A stretch of DNA of 40,000 nt, taken from assembly GCF_024494595.1 (NCBI RefSeq), contig NZ_JANHDI010000008.1, positions 145,527-185,526 of the forward strand, given 5' to 3'. The stretch comes from Halobellus rarus (GTDB lineage Archaea; Halobacteriota; Halobacteria; Halobacteriales; Haloferacaceae). Made by a program: the position numbers and the translations under genes. The notes under the pieces are model-generated. The model was not told the origin of the DNA. It saw only the letters and a program-made list of their open reading frames with translations, and did no database searches. Below, piece after piece: positions 34,397 to 40,000 of this stretch; within the stretch, counting starts at the first letter, position 1, and each line of letters starts with the position of its first letter.

Positions 34397-35275
34397 ATGA
34401 CGGAGTCCTCGGAGGAGCCGAACGCGGTGGATCGCCGCGCGGACCCGGCCGACACCGACGACGCGGCCGACGCCGCCGAGTCGGCGAGCGATACGCCCCC
34501 ATCCGCGTCGAGGACCGCGACTGACGCCCCCGACTCCGAGTCCGAGTCCGACGACCTCGAAGCGCTCCGCCGAGAGGTCGAAGAGACCTACGACTTCGAC
34601 GACTTCGGTCCCGCGGACATGGCGGAGATGAGCCTCGAAGAGTGGGAAGCCGCCTTCGATCCCGGGACGTGGATCGTCGGCGAGGAACTCCTCGATCGGG
34701 TGGAACACGAACTAACGGCGCGGGTCGCGATCCGCGAGATCTTCGCCGTCGTCGAACGGGTGAGCGACGGGCAAGACTACGTCGTCGCCTACTCGGACGA
34801 GGGGTACGCGGTCGTGTACGCCGACGGGAGCGTCGAGGGCGAGGGCACCGTGCTGCGCGACGTCAAGCCGACCGTCGCGCTCTGCTCGATGGAGAGTTAC
34901 GATCTGATGGAGTTCCCGGCGGACGCGTCGCTGCCGGAGCCCGAGGACATCGTCGAGGGCAGCGGCGAGTTCGGGAACCTGATGCTGCAGGTCGTCGCAG
35001 GGGCGCAGATCGTCGTCGGTCTCGGCCTGTTGATAGCCTGGATCGCGCTCCCGTCGCTCTCGACGGTCGTCGCCCCGATCGCGGCACTCGGCTTCCTCGT
35101 GATCGGCTTCTTCCTCTTCTTGGTCGTGGCGAACGCCCGACTCTCCGATCGGTTCCGGACCGAGGAATTCCGCAACCGGCTCCGGGCGCTCGACGCCGTC
35201 GACGCGCCCCGACCGGACGTCTCGGATCGGGAATCGACTGCGGGCGGTACCGCGGACGAGGAAGCCGACACGTAG
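34397..35275 (+). CDS. Conserved haloarchaeal protein: acidic N-terminal domain + 2 C-terminal TM helices
   Basis: 292 aa from MTESSEEP. The TM region is LMLQVVAGAQIVVGLGLLIAWIAL...VVAPIAALGFLVIGFFLFLVVA. Confidence 0.6.
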   Translation: MTESSEEPNAVDRRADPADTDDAADAAESASDTPPSASRTATDAPDSESESDDLEALRREVEETYDFDDFGPADMAEMSLEEWEAAFDPGTWIVGEELLDRVEHELTARVAIREIFAVVERVSDGQDYVVAYSDEGYAVVYADGSVEGEGTVLRDVKPTVALCSMESYDLMEFPADASLPEPEDIVEGSGEFGNLMLQVVAGAQIVVGLGLLIAWIALPSLSTVVAPIAALGFLVIGFFLFLVVANARLSDRFRTEEFRNRLRALDAVDAPRPDVSDRESTAGGTADEEADT

Positions 35276-35301
35276 CGTCCGCTGGAGGGGGAGTCGGTGG
35301 G

Positions 35302-35307
35302 TTTAAG
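35302..35307 (+). promoter_or_regulatory. TATA-like box (TTTAAG) for the halocyanin-cytochrome b operon
   Basis: It lies 26 nt upstream of the ATG at 35334, which is leaderless-type spacing. Confidence 0.45.
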
Positions 35308-35333
35308 CGCGTTCCATCCTGACGTCAGCCTGT

Positions 35334-35993
35334 ATGAAGAGGCGGGACTTTCTGCGAGCAGCAAGCGTCCCTGCTGCTGCCACGACGGCCTCTGCCACCG
35401 CCGGACTCGGCGCCGCTCAGGAGACGGAGACGTCTGGCGGGACAGCCACCGGCACGGCAACTGGGACCGCGACCGGCACTGGGACTGGAACCGGGACGGA
35501 AGCCGACTCGGGCGGCGGAGGCGGCGAGACCGTCACGGTGACTGTCGGGCCGGGCGGCTCGCTCGTGTACGAACCGGGGACTGAGGAACCGCTACAGATC
35601 GCTCCGGGAACGACCGTCGAGTTCGTCTGGGACTCGGACAACCACAACATCGTCGTCGACAGCCAACCGGAGGACGCCGGCTGGGAGGGTCACGAACCGA
35701 TCGAGAACACCGGGTTCACGTACTCGCACACCTTCGAGACGCTGGGGACCTACGAGTACTACTGTGACCCACACGTGAGCGCCGGGATGGAAGCGACGAT
35801 CGAAGTCGTCGAGAACCCCGAACCAGCGGGCGGCGGGGGCGGCGGCGAGAAGGAACTGCACGACCTCGGCGTCCCGATCCACGCTCACTGGGTCGGTGCG
35901 GCGACGATCCTCGGGATCCTCGTGACGGTCATATTCACGTTTTACGTCCTGAAATACGGTGAATCACCGCACACCGGAACCGGGAGGAACTGA
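35334..35993 (+). CDS. Halocyanin (type 1 blue copper protein), Tat signal, C-terminal TM anchor
   Basis: The twin-arginine signal is MKRRDFLRAAS. A GT-repeat linker follows. The cupredoxin ligands are ...DSDNHNIVV... and YEYYCDPHVSAGM. The C-terminal helix is WVGAATILGILVTVIFTFYVL. Confidence 0.85.
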   Translation: MKRRDFLRAASVPAAATTASATAGLGAAQETETSGGTATGTATGTATGTGTGTGTEADSGGGGGETVTVTVGPGGSLVYEPGTEEPLQIAPGTTVEFVWDSDNHNIVVDSQPEDAGWEGHEPIENTGFTYSHTFETLGTYEYYCDPHVSAGMEATIEVVENPEPAGGGGGGEKELHDLGVPIHAHWVGAATILGILVTVIFTFYVLKYGESPHTGTGRN

Positions 35994-35995
35994 CA

Positions 35996-36382
35996 ATGTC
36001 ATCGAGTGGCAGTACCTACGGCGACATCCACCGCTACGAACCGGCCCGCGAGAGCACCGCCGCGGCGATCGCGATCGTCCTGCTCACGATCATCGAGGTC
36101 GTCTTCGTGTTCCTGTTCACGTTCGGCCTCATTTCGGGGTGGGGACTGAGTGACACGGGGAACATGTACCTCGGCGCCGTGCTGGCCGTGATCTTCATCG
36201 ACCTGGCGTTCATCCTCGCGCTGTACCGCAAGGAGTTCCTGCCGGACGTCGTCATCGTCAAGAAGCGACGTCGCAAGTGGGAGGACCTCTACATCCGCGA
36301 GGACGAGGTCGACGGCACGCCGTTCGCTGACGGCGCGTGGGACCACGTCAAGCGCGCGATCTACCCGTACTACAAGCGATAA
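35996..36382 (+). CDS. Small membrane protein (2 TM) encoded between halocyanin and cytochrome b
   Basis: 128 aa. It is tightly packed, with 2-nt gaps to both neighbours. The helices are AAIAIVLLTIIEVVFVFLFTFGLI and LGAVLAVIFIDLAFILALY. Confidence 0.6.
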   Translation: MSSSGSTYGDIHRYEPARESTAAAIAIVLLTIIEVVFVFLFTFGLISGWGLSDTGNMYLGAVLAVIFIDLAFILALYRKEFLPDVVIVKKRRRKWEDLYIREDEVDGTPFADGAWDHVKRAIYPYYKR

Positions 36383-36384
36383 CA

Positions 36385-37179
<795 letters not shown>

Positions 37180-37183
37180 ACCA

Positions 37184-37951
37184 ATGACCGACGAAGACAC
37201 CACCACCGACGACGACGTCCGCGCCGACGGCAGCGGCATCGTCGCGCCGGACGACGAAACGCCGACGTGGCGCGAGCGCAAGGAGCGTACGCAGGGGCTC
37301 TCACAGCTCACGTACGAGTACTTCGAGCGCGCCCGTCGAGAAGACCAGGACCTCAGACAGGAGTCCGACTACGTCGAGCGCGACGTCCTCGCGTTCCCGA
37401 CGTGGCCCCACGAGATCATTCGCAACCTCGCCATCGCGAGTTTCTTCGTGGGGATGCTGCTGTTCCTGTCGGCGACGCTCCCGCCCCACATCGGCGACCC
37501 CGCGAACCCCTCGAGCACGCCGGCGATCATCCTGCCGGACTGGTATCTCTACTGGTCGTTCGGCCTGCTCAAACTCGGCCCCCTCAACCCCGAGCTGTCG
37601 ATTCTCGGCGGACAGAAGCTGATGGCCGACCGGACCTACGGCGTGCTTGCGAACCTCGTCGTCGTCGGCTTCGTCGCCATCGTGCCGTTCCTCAACAAGG
37701 GGAGCGCGCGCCGGCCCGTCGAGCAGCCGTTCTGGGCGGCCGTCGGCGTCGGTGGCGTCATCTTCGCGTTCACGATCAGCATCTACTCCGCGAAGAACCT
37801 CCTGCCGATGAACGTCCACCTCGCGTTCGACCTGACGTTCCTGCTGCCGATCGTCGGCGGGTTCATCACCTGGGCGGTCCTGAAGACGATGCGGGAGGGG
37901 TACATGTACGACCTCAACCGCAGGTACTACCGCTTGCGCCCGCCGAAGTAG
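37184..37951 (+). CDS. petD: Cytochrome b C-terminal-domain / subunit IV-like protein
   Basis: 255 aa. It has the PEWY-type Qo motif as ILPDWYLYW, 3-4 TM helices and an acidic N-terminal extension. Confidence 0.75.
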   Translation: MTDEDTTTDDDVRADGSGIVAPDDETPTWRERKERTQGLSQLTYEYFERARREDQDLRQESDYVERDVLAFPTWPHEIIRNLAIASFFVGMLLFLSATLPPHIGDPANPSSTPAIILPDWYLYWSFGLLKLGPLNPELSILGGQKLMADRTYGVLANLVVVGFVAIVPFLNKGSARRPVEQPFWAAVGVGGVIFAFTISIYSAKNLLPMNVHLAFDLTFLLPIVGGFITWAVLKTMREGYMYDLNRRYYRLRPPK

Positions 37952-38101
37952 ACGGTAGTCGCCTGCGAACGTCCCGCGTTCCCGTTCCGCTTCTCGCGTT
38001 TCGACTCGATCACTCTTTCATTGCCGGTGTTCCGCGCCTAGGATTCCGGTGACCCGCCGTGCTCACACCGAACGGGCCCCCGCGTCAACACGGAAAAGTC
38101 C

Positions 38102-38566
38102 ATGGTGCGTCGGATCGTACCCCCGACGATGACCGATACCGAGCCGACGACGGCAGGGACGTCGAACGAGCCGGACCCGGCCGCACCGGACGACTCCGCC
38201 GGGGAGGCGTCGGGCGAGACCGGCGACCGAGAGCGTCGCGGCCGCGACGTCGTCGTGCCGATGCGACTCTACAAGACCGTGACGGTGTTCTCGACGCTCA
38301 TCGCCGTCGTGAGTGTCGTGTTCGGGTTCATGCTCCTCGACGCCGCGACGCTGAGCGTGAGCTTCCTCGGGAACTTCGTCCGCGGTGCGCTCGCCGCGGT
38401 CGGACTCGGCGTCGCCGACGGCATCTTGAGTACCGTCTTCGCCGTCGTCGGGCTCTCGATGATCGCTTTCGGTGCCGGCGTGTACGTGATCGGGACGCGC
38501 TTTCGCGCCCGCGGAATGGGAAAGTCTCAAGAGGACTCCGGCGAAGAATCAAGTAACGATGGCTGA
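38102..38566 (+). CDS. Conserved membrane protein (acidic N-terminus, 3 TM)
   Basis: 154 aa. The start could be the internal Met at 38129. An ATGGCTGA overlap links it to the next ORF. Confidence 0.55.
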   Translation: MVRRIVPPTMTDTEPTTAGTSNEPDPAAPDDSAGEASGETGDRERRGRDVVVPMRLYKTVTVFSTLIAVVSVVFGFMLLDAATLSVSFLGNFVRGALAAVGLGVADGILSTVFAVVGLSMIAFGAGVYVIGTRFRARGMGKSQEDSGEESSNDG

Positions 38567-38834
38567 CGAGTTCGTCAAAGGACTGGGCATCTTCACGGGT
38601 GCGGGGCTCGCGTGGATGGTGCTCGCGGGGTGGTACCGAACGCCGAGCTTCGAGAGCGAGCAACAGCTCGTCTCTCCGGTGTCGCTGGGCGAGTCCGCGA
38701 CGATGTTCGACACGCTCGGTGTCTTGCTGATGGACATGTTCTTCTGGTTCACGATCATCGGCGCGCTGACGTTCTGGGTCGGGATCCCCGTGATCCGGCA
38801 GGCCCGCGAGGCGATCGAAGAGCGCGCGCAGTAG
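38559..38834 (+). CDS. Small membrane protein (2 TM)
   Basis: 91 aa, translationally coupled to 38102..38566. Confidence 0.55.
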   Translation: MADEFVKGLGIFTGAGLAWMVLAGWYRTPSFESEQQLVSPVSLGESATMFDTLGVLLMDMFFWFTIIGALTFWVGIPVIRQAREAIEERAQ

Positions 38835-38951
38835 CGATTTCACAGGCGCCCCCGGATTTTTCACCCCATCAGTGCCCGGTTCGGTCCGGAGCGTCCGCCG
38901 TCTCGCGGCGGATTGGAAAAACTCTAATGAGTCCTGTCCCCATCGTCGTGT

Positions 38952-39398
38952 ATGCAACCGCTACAGTTCCTCGTTCCGCTCGACGCGCTGGAGGCACTCG
39001 CACCCGTGCTTCCGTTCGTCGTCCTCGGCTTCGTTGTCCTCAACATTCTGACGCGCCTGTTGCAGCATCGTAAACACGCGGCACAGGCGGACGACAGCGA
39101 CGACGACGCGGTCCAGCGGTGGTTGCCGCATACCCTGACCACGCTGGGAATGGTGTTCGCGTCGTTCCTCTTTATGATCGTCGCGCCGCACGGCGGAATG
39201 GTGATGTCGGTGCTCGCGCTCTCGGTGTTCGTCTCGGACTTCTTCGAGTTCGAGTCCCGGCGCGTGGAGGCAAGCTCGAAGAGCAAGGACCTCGAACGAC
39301 CGACCGCAGCCATCGGAGCTTCCGTGTTCGCACTGCTGTATGCGGGCTATCAGAGCTTCTTCTTCCTGATCGAGCCGCTCTGGAACTCCATCATCTGA
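38952..39398 (+). CDS. Conserved membrane protein (4 TM)
   Basis: 148 aa with hydrophobic helices. A TATA-like aaaaactctaat sequence lies upstream. Confidence 0.55.
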   Translation: MQPLQFLVPLDALEALAPVLPFVVLGFVVLNILTRLLQHRKHAAQADDSDDDAVQRWLPHTLTTLGMVFASFLFMIVAPHGGMVMSVLALSVFVSDFFEFESRRVEASSKSKDLERPTAAIGASVFALLYAGYQSFFFLIEPLWNSII

Positions 39399-39460
39399 CC
39401 GAGCGGAGAACCCAATGTTTTGATCGGAGTCGAGGCACCGAAGACGGACGGGTGAGGGGG

Positions 39461-40000
39461 TCACCGACCGCCGATCGACTGCGGACGGACGAGCGAGAGT
39501 TCCCGGTCGATACCCACTTCGACCGGCGTGTGCGGCGGTACTGACTCGATGGCGACGCTGTCGTCGAGGCGGAGTACGACCTCCGCCTCGTCGCGCTCGA
39601 CGGTGAGTCTGACCGGGGACCGAACCACCCAGTTGTCGGTGTGCATCGCGTAGGGAGACACCGGAACCGTCACGAGGCCCGTCTCGGGTGCGAGAAGCGG
39701 ACCGCCCACGGCGCGAGCGTACCCCGCACTCCCGAGGGGTGTCGCGACGACGACGCCGTCAGACCGGACGCTCTCGGTCCATCCGTCGGGCGATTCGATA
39801 CCGTACTCGGAGATGCGCGCGGGCGCGGACGTCATAAGCGTCACGTCGGCGAGAGCGGACCCTGCAGGCTCTCCGGCCACTCTGACGTCGACGATCGGGT
39901 GTGGCACGGTCTCGTATCGCCCCCGCACAGCGGCGTCGACGGCCGTCGCCACGTCCTCGGACGCCAGGTCGTACCGTCCGGTTTCCGTCTCGACGGGAAC
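39461..40000 (-). CDS. nadK: NAD(+) kinase, C-terminal part (gene continues beyond the window edge)
   Basis: It has the motif DGVVVATPLGSAGYARAVGGP (the DG..V.TP.GSTAY..S.GGP signature). The frame stays open from 39952 to base 40000, so the listed GTG start is an artefact of the window edge. Confidence 0.8.
   Translation of the reverse strand, partial: VPVETETGRYDLASEDVATAVDAAVRGRYETVPHPIVDVRVAGEPAGSALADVTLMTSAPARISEYGIESPDGWTESVRSDGVVVATPLGSAGYARAVGGPLLAPETGLVTVPVSPYAMHTDNWVVRSPVRLTVERDEAEVVLRLDDSVAIESVPPHTPVEVGIDRELSLVRPQSIGGR

Overview
The window looks like a high-GC haloarchaeal (class Halobacteria) chromosome segment: proteins are strongly acidic, there is a PGF-CTERM surface protein, a CetZ, a halocyanin and a PAN, and TATA-like boxes sit about 25-30 nt before several start codons. 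It splits into two parts. (1) About 1-18540 is a mosaic accessory region that is lower in GC by eye. It holds a stand-alone TnpB element with an unlisted 48-codon DUF2080-like ORF, an HNH endonuclease gene broken by an in-frame TAG, an overlapping hypothetical + wHTH gene pair, and two inverted IS6-family copies (one decayed, one intact) around truncated genes. It also holds a hicB/hicA pair with a truncated toxin, uppP, a 1168-aa PGF-CTERM surface protein with three repeat modules carrying EF-hand-like loops, a TumE-like/HTH pair, an AP-superfamily enzyme, cetZ, and an AT-rich patch with an orphan archaeal pilin. (2) About 18540-40000 is core housekeeping: sufCBD, polB, PAN, mre11-rad50-nth, a halocyanin/cytochrome b/subunit-IV operon with conserved small membrane proteins, and a partial NAD kinase. 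I recognised no rRNA, tRNA or CRISPR array by eye. I found no unambiguous large novel multi-gene system. The best candidates for follow-up are the TnpB/DUF2080/candidate guide-RNA locus, the 3219-3948 two-gene module next to the HNH gene, the TumE-like pair, the repeat-bearing non-coding 1-850 stretch, and the AT-rich patch at 15845-18540. All coordinates of small motifs were indexed by hand. Family assignments come from recognised motifs, not from searches.
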